Positions 19,226 to 27,632 of a stretch of DNA of 33,218 nt are shown one piece after another. The notes beneath the pieces were generated by a model. The model saw only the letters and a list, made by a program, of their open reading frames with translations, was not told where the DNA came from and did not search any database. The DNA comes from an uncultured Roseibacillus sp. Its GTDB lineage: Bacteria > Verrucomicrobiota > Verrucomicrobiia > Verrucomicrobiales > Akkermansiaceae. Each line of letters starts with the position of its first letter. Position 1 is the first letter of the stretch. A program made the translations under genes and the position numbers. The stretch lies in contig CAWWCX010000001.1 of assembly GCA_963935445.1 (NCBI GenBank), forward strand, positions 1-33,218, in the 5' to 3' direction.

Positions 19226-19995
19226 TGGACTCGGCGAACGACAATCCTCTCAAGCGATTCTCCACCTTCTGGGTCGGGCTGGTTCTTTTTGCCGCTTTCG
19301 GGCTGGTGGGTCTGGTCCTGGGTATGATCGGTTTCAACAAGCCTGTCAAAAACGGCTACGACGAGGTGAACTCCGAGCGCCGTGAAACAATCAGGGAAGA
19401 GGTCGATAAGACTCACTCAGGAGCCAGGGAGTTGGCGGACAAGAGCTTCGAACGGGTGGGTGCCGTTTATCTCGAGAGTGCTCCCGTGGCGGTGGAAAAG
19501 CCCGAGTTCATTCTGCCGGGTTCTGCCACCCAGCTCGGCAAGGCGTCCGGCGGAACGGGAGTGAAGGTTCCGGCAGGATTCCCGGAAGTGGCCGCCGACG
19601 CGCCCATCGACCCGGCCGTGATGGCCAAGGGGCAGGCTCTCTACGCGGTCTGCTCAGCTTGCCACGGACCCAACGGAGAGGGGATGTATCACATCAACAA
19701 GACGGGACCGCCGCTCGCAGACTCGGAGTGGGTCGTGGGCCCGGTGGCCAATTTGATCGCCATCCAGTTCCGCGGCTTGAACGGGACGATCGAGGTGAAC
19801 GGCAAGTCCTACACCCCGGTTGCCCCAATGGCTCCCCTTCCTCTCGACGACGAGTCGGTTGCGGCCGTGCTCACTTATATTCGAAACAGCTTTGGGAACA
19901 AGGCCTCGCCGGTCACCGCGGAGCAGGTGAAAGCCATGGAAGGGGAGAAGGGCAAGCCCATGTTGAGCCCGGCCGATCTCATTCCGCCAAAATAA
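19225..19995 (+). CDS. Membrane-anchored monohaem class I cytochrome c
   Basis: One N-terminal TM helix (FWVGLVLFAAFGLVGLVLGMIGF), a linker, then a c-domain with CSACHG, PPLADSEWV and TYIRNSFGN. Translationally coupled to actF. Confidence 0.85.
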   Translation: MDSANDNPLKRFSTFWVGLVLFAAFGLVGLVLGMIGFNKPVKNGYDEVNSERRETIREEVDKTHSGARELADKSFERVGAVYLESAPVAVEKPEFILPGSATQLGKASGGTGVKVPAGFPEVAADAPIDPAVMAKGQALYAVCSACHGPNGEGMYHINKTGPPLADSEWVVGPVANLIAIQFRGLNGTIEVNGKSYTPVAPMAPLPLDDESVAAVLTYIRNSFGNKASPVTAEQVKAMEGEKGKPMLSPADLIPPK

Positions 19996-20013
19996 ATCAA
20001 CGGACGCTCACCA

Positions 20014-21510
20014 ATGGTCACAGACACTGACAGCGATACGGCGTTGCAAAAGGATCTTGAGCTGCGGGCAAGAATTGACCGCTCGCTGCGGCACCCCGTG
20101 ATGTTCTTCTTTACCAGCGGGGCGGCGTGGCTGGCAGTGGCGGTCCTGCTCGGATTCATTTCCTCATTCAAGTCGCACGATTCGACCTTCCTCGCGAACC
20201 TGGGCTTTCTGAACTATGGGCGGGTGTACCCGGCCCACCTCACGGTCCTGATCTACGGCTGGGGTTGCCAGGCGGCCTTCGGACTCATCATCTGGCTCAT
20301 GGCGCGCCTCTCCCGCAAGGAGTGCACTTCGGTCGGGGTGATTCTTACCGCCGGACACCTCTGGAATTTCGGGGTGAGCGTGGGGGTGCTCGGAATTCTT
20401 GCAGGATATGGATCGGGACGCCCCTGGATGGAGTTTCCCGCGGCAGTCTGGCCCTTGCTGCTGGTGAGTTACTTTTTCATCACAATCTGGTCCTTCATCC
20501 AGTTCCGTTGCAGTGAAGGGGGCAAGACCTATGTGGCGCAGTGGTACCTGGTCGCAGCACTCTTCTGGTTTCCCTGGATCTACCTGAGCGCCCACCTGTT
20601 TGTCTTTGTTTTCAACGGGCACCCCGTCATGGCCGCCGGCGTGAATGCGTGGTTCAAGTATGCGCTTATTTTCCTGTTCTTCACCCCGGTGGCTCTTGGA
20701 ACGGCCTACTACCTTGCGCCCAAGGTCACGGGGCGTCCTGTTTACAGTTACACGCTGGCGCTTTTCGGATTCTGGGCCCTTGCGGTCATTGGCCCCTGGG
20801 CTGGAATGCAGAAGCTGGCGGGCGGTCCACTCCCGCAGTTTCTTCCCTATCTGGGTGCGGCGGCGACCGTTCTCATTCTCATTCCGGCCCTCGCGGTGGG
20901 AGTGAACATTCTCCTGACATTGCGTGGACACGAGGCCGAGGTGGCCGCCAGTCCATCGCTGCGCTTCACCATCGGGGGTATTGTCAGCTTCGTGATACTC
21001 GGGGTGATGGGGCTGGGCCTGAATACTCCGGCATCCCTCAAGATGACTCAGTTTTCACTCGCCGGGTATGGCTTTGAGGTGCTTGCCATTTATGGCTTCT
21101 TCAGCATGTGCGCCTTCGGGGGGATCTATTTTATCGTCCCGCGGATTACCCGGCGTGAGTGGTTGTCGCGTCGTTTCATCTCGTGGCACTTCTGGCTCAG
21201 TCTCTACGGGATCGGAACCGTGGTGGTCTGCTCGATCCTGGGCGGGCTTTTCCAGGGAGCGGCCCAAGAGGCTTACAACTCCGCTTGGTCTGATGCCGCC
21301 ACCCGAAATTACGCTTACAATGTCGGAACAACCGTGGCCTGGGGTTTAATCATCTTCAGTAGTCTCTTCTTTCTCCTCCATCTCCTTCTGATGTGGGCCC
21401 GTCTCGGTCGGCGCAGTCAGCATCCGACTCTCCTGAAGGGTGACCATCACGAGGATTCGCCCCACGGGCCGGATGGCGATCTCGATGAACTCCAAACCGC
21501 GGAAGCCTGA
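20014..21510 (+). CDS. CcoN-like (cbb3 oxidase subunit I homologue) polytopic membrane protein lacking the CuB, haem b3 and second haem b histidine ligands
   Basis: 498 aa, about 12 TM helices. Collinear with CcoN at YGRVYPAHLTVLIYGWG, AYYLAPKVTGRPVYSY and SWHFWLSLYG. The canonical WWYGH, GPHH and GHVH ligand motifs read AWFKY, GMQK and GFEV. See findings. Confidence 0.75.
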   Translation: MVTDTDSDTALQKDLELRARIDRSLRHPVMFFFTSGAAWLAVAVLLGFISSFKSHDSTFLANLGFLNYGRVYPAHLTVLIYGWGCQAAFGLIIWLMARLSRKECTSVGVILTAGHLWNFGVSVGVLGILAGYGSGRPWMEFPAAVWPLLLVSYFFITIWSFIQFRCSEGGKTYVAQWYLVAALFWFPWIYLSAHLFVFVFNGHPVMAAGVNAWFKYALIFLFFTPVALGTAYYLAPKVTGRPVYSYTLALFGFWALAVIGPWAGMQKLAGGPLPQFLPYLGAAATVLILIPALAVGVNILLTLRGHEAEVAASPSLRFTIGGIVSFVILGVMGLGLNTPASLKMTQFSLAGYGFEVLAIYGFFSMCAFGGIYFIVPRITRREWLSRRFISWHFWLSLYGIGTVVVCSILGGLFQGAAQEAYNSAWSDAATRNYAYNVGTTVAWGLIIFSSLFFLLHLLLMWARLGRRSQHPTLLKGDHHEDSPHGPDGDLDELQTAEA

Positions 21511-21518
21511 ACCCTACC

Positions 21519-22250
21519 ATGACCTTCAAAGCCTTCATGTCTGCGCTGGCGGTGAGCTTCGCCGTCCCATGGTTTCTCATCATCGTGGTCCCCTACGGAA
21601 AGATGCGTGATCTCGAGCCGGTGCACTTCGAGCAGGACAGTGATGGTCGCGATGAGGTATACGTGCCCCGTCGCTCGGGCAGGATTTCAACCGGTTCCGC
21701 GGTATATGGAGCCAATGGGTGCTACGTCTGCCATACCCAGATGATTCGCAAGGGCTTTGCAGGGTCGGAACTGGGTCGGCCGGACTGGGCAGGTTTCCGC
21801 GTTCAGGATGAGAGCGGTGTCAGCATCAACACGTCCCGGGAAACGACGCCGTATGACTTTGTCGGGGAAGAGTTTGCCCATGTCGGGATCATGCGTGTCG
21901 GGCCGGATCTCAGTAACGTTGCGGGACGCGTTCAGAAATATCTGGATCACCCGCTCACCAAGGCGGACAGCCCGGAGGGTTGGCTATACCTGCATCTCTA
22001 CAACTCAGCGCTCAAGACGGTAACCTTGAACAACAAGTTCGGGTGTCCGCGACAGACTCATCTTTTCAAGGAACAGCCCCGCGTAGGGCAGGGCAGCCCG
22101 GATGCCGTTCCGGGGTTGGAAAATGAGGGGATGGAAGTCCTGCCCACTGGAAATGCCAAGGCGCTGGTCAGCTACCTCCTTTCCCTGAAGAAGGACGATG
22201 CGGTGCCTTACAGTATCAATTACAGCCGCGATAAGAAGAAGGCCGAGTAA
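21519..22250 (+). CDS. CcoO-like monohaem cytochrome c (cbb3 oxidase subunit II homologue)
   Basis: N-terminal TM helix, GCYVCHTQMIR (compare CcoO GCxGCHSQMIR), RVGPDLSNVAGR (CcoO GPDLARVGGR) and WLYLHLYN (CcoO WHRAHLYNP). Confidence 0.8.
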   Translation: MTFKAFMSALAVSFAVPWFLIIVVPYGKMRDLEPVHFEQDSDGRDEVYVPRRSGRISTGSAVYGANGCYVCHTQMIRKGFAGSELGRPDWAGFRVQDESGVSINTSRETTPYDFVGEEFAHVGIMRVGPDLSNVAGRVQKYLDHPLTKADSPEGWLYLHLYNSALKTVTLNNKFGCPRQTHLFKEQPRVGQGSPDAVPGLENEGMEVLPTGNAKALVSYLLSLKKDDAVPYSINYSRDKKKAE

Positions 22251-22270
22251 CCCCCCCAGTCAACGAAGCG

Positions 22271-23059
22271 ATGGCCCATTCCAAGGATTCCGAAAACCAG
22301 CGTCCCGACCTCGAGGACAGCACCAACGTGGTGGAAGCGCACGCCTCCCTGCTGGCCACCGGAGCGGCCCAGTCGAGGGAGAGACGTATTGAGGAAACCG
22401 GGATGGAACCGGTGTCCCTGTGGGTCTTCCTCGGTAGCGCGATCGTTCTCCTGGTAGGAGGGGCGGTAGTGGGTGCGGGGGGTAAGCTGTTCAACTACGA
22501 CCCCCATCCAACCAGCTACGTGCGGCCGGAGTATATCAGCGATGCCGACAGTGGGCCGACGATCGGGCCCATCATGGAAGCCCTCATGAAGCGGGGTAAG
22601 AATATCTATACCAAGTGCAGCGGCTGCCATGGTTCCAGCGGAGCGGGGGACGGAGGCAACCGGCCTCCTCTTGCGAATTCCGAGTGGGTCACGGGGAGCC
22701 CCGAGCGTCTCGCAATGATCATCCTGAACGGGGTGAAGGGACCGATCGTGGTTGACGGCAAGACCTACGGGGCGGACGTCATGGACGGGCAGGGGCCGCT
22801 TACTGCGGATGAACTCGCTGGGATCATGACATACGTGCGCAACAGCTTTGGAAACGAGGTGGGCGACGTGGTGACTCCCGAGCAGGCCGCGGAGGCCATC
22901 AAGATATCCAATGCCCGTGCCGGAGCGCACATGAGTGCCGACGAATTGAACGCGAACCACGACAAGGTGCTCGAGGGTGATCCCATCGACCCAAGCACGC
23001 CGGTGGACTTTGAAACCCTCAAGCCCGTGGAGGGGTCAGCCCCCGCTCCAGCCGAGTAA
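22271..23059 (+). CDS. Membrane-anchored monohaem class I cytochrome c (paralogue of 19225..19995)
   Basis: One TM helix (LWVFLGSAIVLLVGGAVVGAG) and a c-domain with CSGCHG, PPLANSEWV and TYVRNSFGN, collinear with the c-domain of the 19225 gene. Confidence 0.85.
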   Translation: MAHSKDSENQRPDLEDSTNVVEAHASLLATGAAQSRERRIEETGMEPVSLWVFLGSAIVLLVGGAVVGAGGKLFNYDPHPTSYVRPEYISDADSGPTIGPIMEALMKRGKNIYTKCSGCHGSSGAGDGGNRPPLANSEWVTGSPERLAMIILNGVKGPIVVDGKTYGADVMDGQGPLTADELAGIMTYVRNSFGNEVGDVVTPEQAAEAIKISNARAGAHMSADELNANHDKVLEGDPIDPSTPVDFETLKPVEGSAPAPAE

Positions 23060-23080
23060 CAATCCCCAGCCTGAACGACG

Positions 23081-24988
23081 ATGAGTGCAGAAGCGGCAGC
23101 AGATCACGGTCATGGTCACGACGACCATCACGACGACCATCACCACGACCCCCCGTTCTATAAGAAGTATATCTGGTCCACCGATCACAAGGTGATTGGT
23201 ATCCAGTATGGGATTACCGCGCTGCTTTTCCTGGCGTTCGGATTTTTCCTGATGATGGTGATGCGCTGGAGCATTGCCTATCCCGAAGAGCCTCTCCCAT
23301 GGTACCTGAACTGGATTTTCAGCGAGGAATGGAAGGCCCGGTGGCTGGTCGATGGCAAGGTTACCGGTGATACCTACAACATGTTCGGTGCCATGCATGG
23401 AACCATCATGGTTTTCCTTGGTATCGTGCCTCTTGGATTCGCGGCCTTCGGGAACTTTGTCACCCCACTCCAGATTGGAACGGTCGACATGGCTTTCCCG
23501 CGCCTGAACATGCTCAGTTACTGGTGCTACCTCGTAGGTGGCCTCGTCATGTGTGCGAGCTTCTTCATGGAGTCCGGAGCGGCAAAGTCCGGTTGGACGA
23601 ACTACTCTCCCCTCGCCAACTTCGCGGATGGGCAGATTGTGAACCAGTTCCTGGCGGGTCAGACGCAATGGCTCCTCGGAATGGTCTTCCTGATCACATC
23701 CTCTCTCCTCGGTGCGGTCAACTTCCTGACTACTCTCATCAACCTGCGTGCCAAGGGCATGACCTGGATGCGAATGCCCTTCTTCTGCTGGGCCATGCTT
23801 GTGACCGGGTTCCTCCTTCTCCTCGCCTTTCCGCCCCTCGAGGTGGCCGCCCTGATGCAGTTGATGGACCGGACGGTCGGTTCGAGTTTCTTCATGCCCA
23901 GCGGACTCTACACCTCCGGCTCAGGTGTCGTGGAGGCGTCCGGGGGAGGCAGCCCGCTGCTCTATCAGCATCTTTTCTGGTTCCTTGGGCACCCGGAGGT
24001 CTACGTCCTCCTCCTGCCCGCGATCGCCTGTGTGGCGGAAATCATACCGGTAAACACACGGAAGCCACTCTGGGGCTACAAGCCCATGGTCTGGTCGATC
24101 GTGATCCTTGGTTTCCTGAGCTTCATCGTATGGGCCCACCACATGTATCTTACCGGGATGGGACCGGTTGTTTCCACATGGTTCCAGACCACTACGGTGT
24201 TGATTTCGGTGCCCTCGGTCATCCTGCTGACATCCATGATCGTGTCTCTCTGGGGAGGCTCGATCCGATTCAACGTTCCGATGTTGTGGGCAGTTGCGTT
24301 CCTGCCCATGTTCGGAATCGGGGGCCTGACAGGCCTTCCCCTCGCTTTCAACCTGGTGGACCTGCACCTGCACGATACCTATTACGTGATCGGGCACTTC
24401 CACTATGTGGTGGCCCCCGGGGTGCTCTTCGGTCTCTTTGCCGGCATCTACCACTGGTATCCGAAGATCACAGGTCGGCACATGAATACGACTCTCGGGC
24501 ATCTCCATTTCTGGCCGTCCCTGATTTTCATGAACGTTCTCTTCTTCCCGATGCTCATCCAGGGCATGGCCGGGTTTCACCGGCGGTGGTATAACGGAGG
24601 TGACGCCTACCTGGCCAAGGCAGCCGGAAGCGAGAACATCTTTGGCAATACCGTGGCGGAATGGATTCACCTCAATCCGGTGATGACCTGGGGTGCGTTC
24701 CTGCTCGCCCTGTCCCAGATTCCCTTCTTCATCAATTTCTGGTCCAGCCTGTTCGTCGGGGAAAAGATCAAGAACGACAACCCCTACGATGCGACCACTC
24801 TCGAGTGGGCGACTCCTACCCCGCCGCCGCATGGGAACTTCACCTTCGACGTGGCGGCCTACCGTGGTCCATACGAATACAGCCGTGATGACCACGAGGG
24901 GGACTTCTTTCCCCAGTGGGAAGAACCCAGGCGAGAGAAACCAGCCGAGCAACCGGATCCTGAACCGGAAGCCGAGCCAGCCCCGTAA
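23081..24988 (+). CDS. ctaD: Haem-copper oxidase subunit I, A-type (aa3-type cytochrome c oxidase)
   Basis: All canonical motifs are present: STDHKVIGIQY, AMHGTIMVF, VDMAFPRLN, GWTNYSPL, FWFLGHPEVYVLLLP, VWAHHMY and HLHDTYYVIGHFHYV. Confidence 0.96.
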   Translation: MSAEAAADHGHGHDDHHDDHHHDPPFYKKYIWSTDHKVIGIQYGITALLFLAFGFFLMMVMRWSIAYPEEPLPWYLNWIFSEEWKARWLVDGKVTGDTYNMFGAMHGTIMVFLGIVPLGFAAFGNFVTPLQIGTVDMAFPRLNMLSYWCYLVGGLVMCASFFMESGAAKSGWTNYSPLANFADGQIVNQFLAGQTQWLLGMVFLITSSLLGAVNFLTTLINLRAKGMTWMRMPFFCWAMLVTGFLLLLAFPPLEVAALMQLMDRTVGSSFFMPSGLYTSGSGVVEASGGGSPLLYQHLFWFLGHPEVYVLLLPAIACVAEIIPVNTRKPLWGYKPMVWSIVILGFLSFIVWAHHMYLTGMGPVVSTWFQTTTVLISVPSVILLTSMIVSLWGGSIRFNVPMLWAVAFLPMFGIGGLTGLPLAFNLVDLHLHDTYYVIGHFHYVVAPGVLFGLFAGIYHWYPKITGRHMNTTLGHLHFWPSLIFMNVLFFPMLIQGMAGFHRRWYNGGDAYLAKAAGSENIFGNTVAEWIHLNPVMTWGAFLLALSQIPFFINFWSSLFVGEKIKNDNPYDATTLEWATPTPPPHGNFTFDVAAYRGPYEYSRDDHEGDFFPQWEEPRREKPAEQPDPEPEAEPAP

Positions 24989-25009
24989 CGATCTTCCACT
25001 CCCTGCACT

Positions 25010-26998
25010 ATGGAGATTCCCTATACAGTCACCGCTCGGAAGGATACCGGCCTTTTCAATTCGAAGGTTGGAATCTGGCTCTTCCTTGCCTCGGAAGTGA
25101 TGCTCTTTGGCGGCCTATTCTCGGGCTACGTGTTCCTGCGGATTTATGCCGATTACCCATGGCCCGAGCGCGCCCTGCCGATCGTGCCCGGCCTCATCAA
25201 CACCTTCGTTCTCATCGGGTCATCAGTCACGGTGGTCTTTGCGTGGGCTTCCCTGAAGATGCGGCAATGGCGCCGGTTCCAGATATTCATGGGCCTCACC
25301 ATTGTCTGTGCGGGAATGTTCATGGTCCTCAAGGGGATCGAGTATAAGGCAAAGTGGGGACACCAGGCCGTACGCATGGATGACTTCACCATCGTGGAGG
25401 GCCACACCCACTACGGTGCAATCATGTCCAACGGGGAGGTGCAGCGCTTCCAGAAGAAGGACAAGGCCAAGGAGGCTGCGAAGAAGGACGCTGAGGCATT
25501 CAATAAGGAGGCCGAAGCGAAGGCGAAGGCCGCAGCCCAGGCAAAGGGCGAGGATTTTGCCGGCCTCCCCGATGACCAGAAGTGGCAGGCGGGTGATTAT
25601 TTCAAGGCCAACACGGTTCTCTTTCAGCCAGATACGGTTGAGTTCTCGCTGGCGCGGGCCCACCGCAACTGGGTGAACGATCTCGTCGCGCAGGCGGAGA
25701 AGCGGCAGTCGAGTTTCGTGACCGGAAAGGACGTCTTCATATACGGAGACATCGAGGATTATTCGGGAAGCGAAGAGAAGCCGAAGTCGAATGACGAGCG
25801 TGGCCGGGAAGAGGCCGAGATCATCAAGGAATATGCCGCTGCGGAGAAGATGCCCCGCAAGCTGGGCAGCAATTCGCTCTTCATACCGGCCGGGACCCCG
25901 CTCAGCTACTCGTTGCTCAAGGAAGCGCGCGAGGTCTACCTCGCAGGCCGGGCACACAACTCCGAAACCCGCACAGCCATCCTTCGGGATAACTGGAAAA
26001 GGGTGAAGGAAGAACGGCCGGATGACAAATACTGGGAGCAGGCCCCTGATGCCCAGATCGACTCCGCCAGCCAGTTGGACGAACAGCTCGATGAGGCCGG
26101 TAAGGTCACCTCGGGGAGCAAAGTCGTTTCCATTGTGTCGACCCTGTCTTTCCGCATGGATCCACCGCAGCCGCTGGTGATCAAGCGTGGATGGGTGAAG
26201 CGGCCCGTCAAGGAGTCCGACGGGAAGGCGGAGTTAAAGGACGACACGGCCCTTAATGCCGGAACGGACGGCCGGGCGGAGGTAGCTCCGGGTCTGCTGG
26301 AGAGTCCGCTGGCGCTCTCGGTTGATGCGGTCGATTTCCGCTGGATGGCCCAGAAGGCCGAGGAAGCGAACAAGAAGCCGCTTGATGTGATCGAGGGCAG
26401 CTGGATCTTCTCGGACGAGAACAAGCACGCAGGCACCTACAAGAAGCTCTGGAAACTCCACAAGAAGAGGATTGCTCACCTGGAAGAGCGACTGAAGGAC
26501 AAGTATGGCACGGATGAGGAAGGTAATCCCAAGCGTGTGCCTACCGAGACTGAGCGCTATCGAATGGGCTGGCAGGACCTCGTTCAATACGCGCGGGCAG
26601 AAAATGATGACCAGCGGGCTGTTCCCGGCGATGCCGCCTTCGACGACCTGCGGCCCAAGTTCTACCATGGATTTGCCGGCCCCAATCACAAGGACGAGGA
26701 GATCCACAAACTGCATGCCTTTCCCGAGCTGGAGATTCCCCATGAGAAGGTGTCCTTGCAGTCCATGTTCACTCCGAAGTGGAACACCTACTACGCAATC
26801 TACTTCACTCTCACGGGCCTTCACGGGCTTCACGTGATTGGTGGGGCAATCGTGCTCGCCTATTACCTGTTCTGCAGCAAGGGGCTTTACCGACGCAATC
26901 CTGAGTGGCTCGCCAACCGGGTGGAGGTTGGAGGACTCTTCTGGCACTTCGTCGATCTCGTCTGGATCTTTCTCTTTCCGATCCTATATCTCATGTAA
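25010..26998 (+). CDS. ctaE: Cytochrome c oxidase subunit III (5-TM form) carrying a roughly 470-aa hydrophilic insertion
   Basis: The N-terminal 112 aa (WLFLASEVMLFGG..., ...LKGIEY) and the C-terminal about 70 aa (YFTLTGLHGLHVIGG, GGLFWHFVDLVWIFLFPILY) are canonical CoxIII. Residues about 113-591 between them are charged, have no TM helix and contain no Cys. Confidence 0.88.
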   Translation: MEIPYTVTARKDTGLFNSKVGIWLFLASEVMLFGGLFSGYVFLRIYADYPWPERALPIVPGLINTFVLIGSSVTVVFAWASLKMRQWRRFQIFMGLTIVCAGMFMVLKGIEYKAKWGHQAVRMDDFTIVEGHTHYGAIMSNGEVQRFQKKDKAKEAAKKDAEAFNKEAEAKAKAAAQAKGEDFAGLPDDQKWQAGDYFKANTVLFQPDTVEFSLARAHRNWVNDLVAQAEKRQSSFVTGKDVFIYGDIEDYSGSEEKPKSNDERGREEAEIIKEYAAAEKMPRKLGSNSLFIPAGTPLSYSLLKEAREVYLAGRAHNSETRTAILRDNWKRVKEERPDDKYWEQAPDAQIDSASQLDEQLDEAGKVTSGSKVVSIVSTLSFRMDPPQPLVIKRGWVKRPVKESDGKAELKDDTALNAGTDGRAEVAPGLLESPLALSVDAVDFRWMAQKAEEANKKPLDVIEGSWIFSDENKHAGTYKKLWKLHKKRIAHLEERLKDKYGTDEEGNPKRVPTETERYRMGWQDLVQYARAENDDQRAVPGDAAFDDLRPKFYHGFAGPNHKDEEIHKLHAFPELEIPHEKVSLQSMFTPKWNTYYAIYFTLTGLHGLHVIGGAIVLAYYLFCSKGLYRRNPEWLANRVEVGGLFWHFVDLVWIFLFPILYLM

Positions 26999-27019
26999 TT
27001 GCTTCTGATCCGACCGGCC

Positions 27020-27394
27020 ATGGCTGATACACCTGAAGACATCAAGAACGCCCAGAAGAAGTATCTCCTGATCGGGCTTATTCTATTCATCTTCACCGTC
27101 GTGACGGTGGCGGTGGCGACCGTTCCCTGGCTTGACTTTGGCGAGCATGGCTTCGACGGAATCGACGCCGTCATCGGCCTCCTGATCGCCAGCGTAAAGG
27201 CGACCCTCGTGGGTGCGATTTTCATGCACCTCAATCACGAGAAGCGGACTATTTACGGTCTGATTGTGCTTGGGGTCCTGATGGGCCTCTGTCTGGTGGT
27301 CCTGACGGGATGGTCCTTCATCGACCCCATTGAGTATGGCAGCCCCGTGGAAGGGGACGGCTTTTACAACCCGCCGGAAACAGTAAACCAGTAA
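27020..27394 (+). CDS. ctaF: Prokaryotic cytochrome c oxidase subunit IV family protein
   Basis: About 124 aa and 3 TM helices. KKYLLIGLILFIFTVVTVAVA and ASVKATLVGAIFMHLNHEKR fit the small subunit IV (CtaF/CyoD-like) pattern. The track start TTG 26999 was replaced by ATG 27020. Confidence 0.75.
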   Translation: MADTPEDIKNAQKKYLLIGLILFIFTVVTVAVATVPWLDFGEHGFDGIDAVIGLLIASVKATLVGAIFMHLNHEKRTIYGLIVLGVLMGLCLVVLTGWSFIDPIEYGSPVEGDGFYNPPETVNQ

Positions 27395-27407
27395 CCAGCT
27401 CCAAGAC

Positions 27408-27611
27408 ATGTCCCTTCGTGGATTTCACATCGTATTTATTACCGTAACGACCATCCTCAGTCTCTTTCTGGCGGGATGGGCGATCTTTCTGGCGCCAGCC
27501 AGCGGGGGGGTAGTGAGGACAATCCTGATGGTGACCGGGTGTGCCGGGGCGATCCTCTTCCCAGTCTACGGAATCTATTTCTACCGCAAGGCGAGAAAAC
27601 TCATCCTCTAG
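27408..27611 (+). CDS. Small two-TM membrane protein (67 aa), function unknown
   Basis: ORF packed 13 nt after subunit IV, with two hydrophobic helices and a basic C-terminus (YRKARKLIL). Support comes only from operon context and hydrophobicity. Confidence 0.55.
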   Translation: MSLRGFHIVFITVTTILSLFLAGWAIFLAPASGGVVRTILMVTGCAGAILFPVYGIYFYRKARKLIL

Positions 27612-27632
27612 CAAGTAACCGGAATCCTGATC

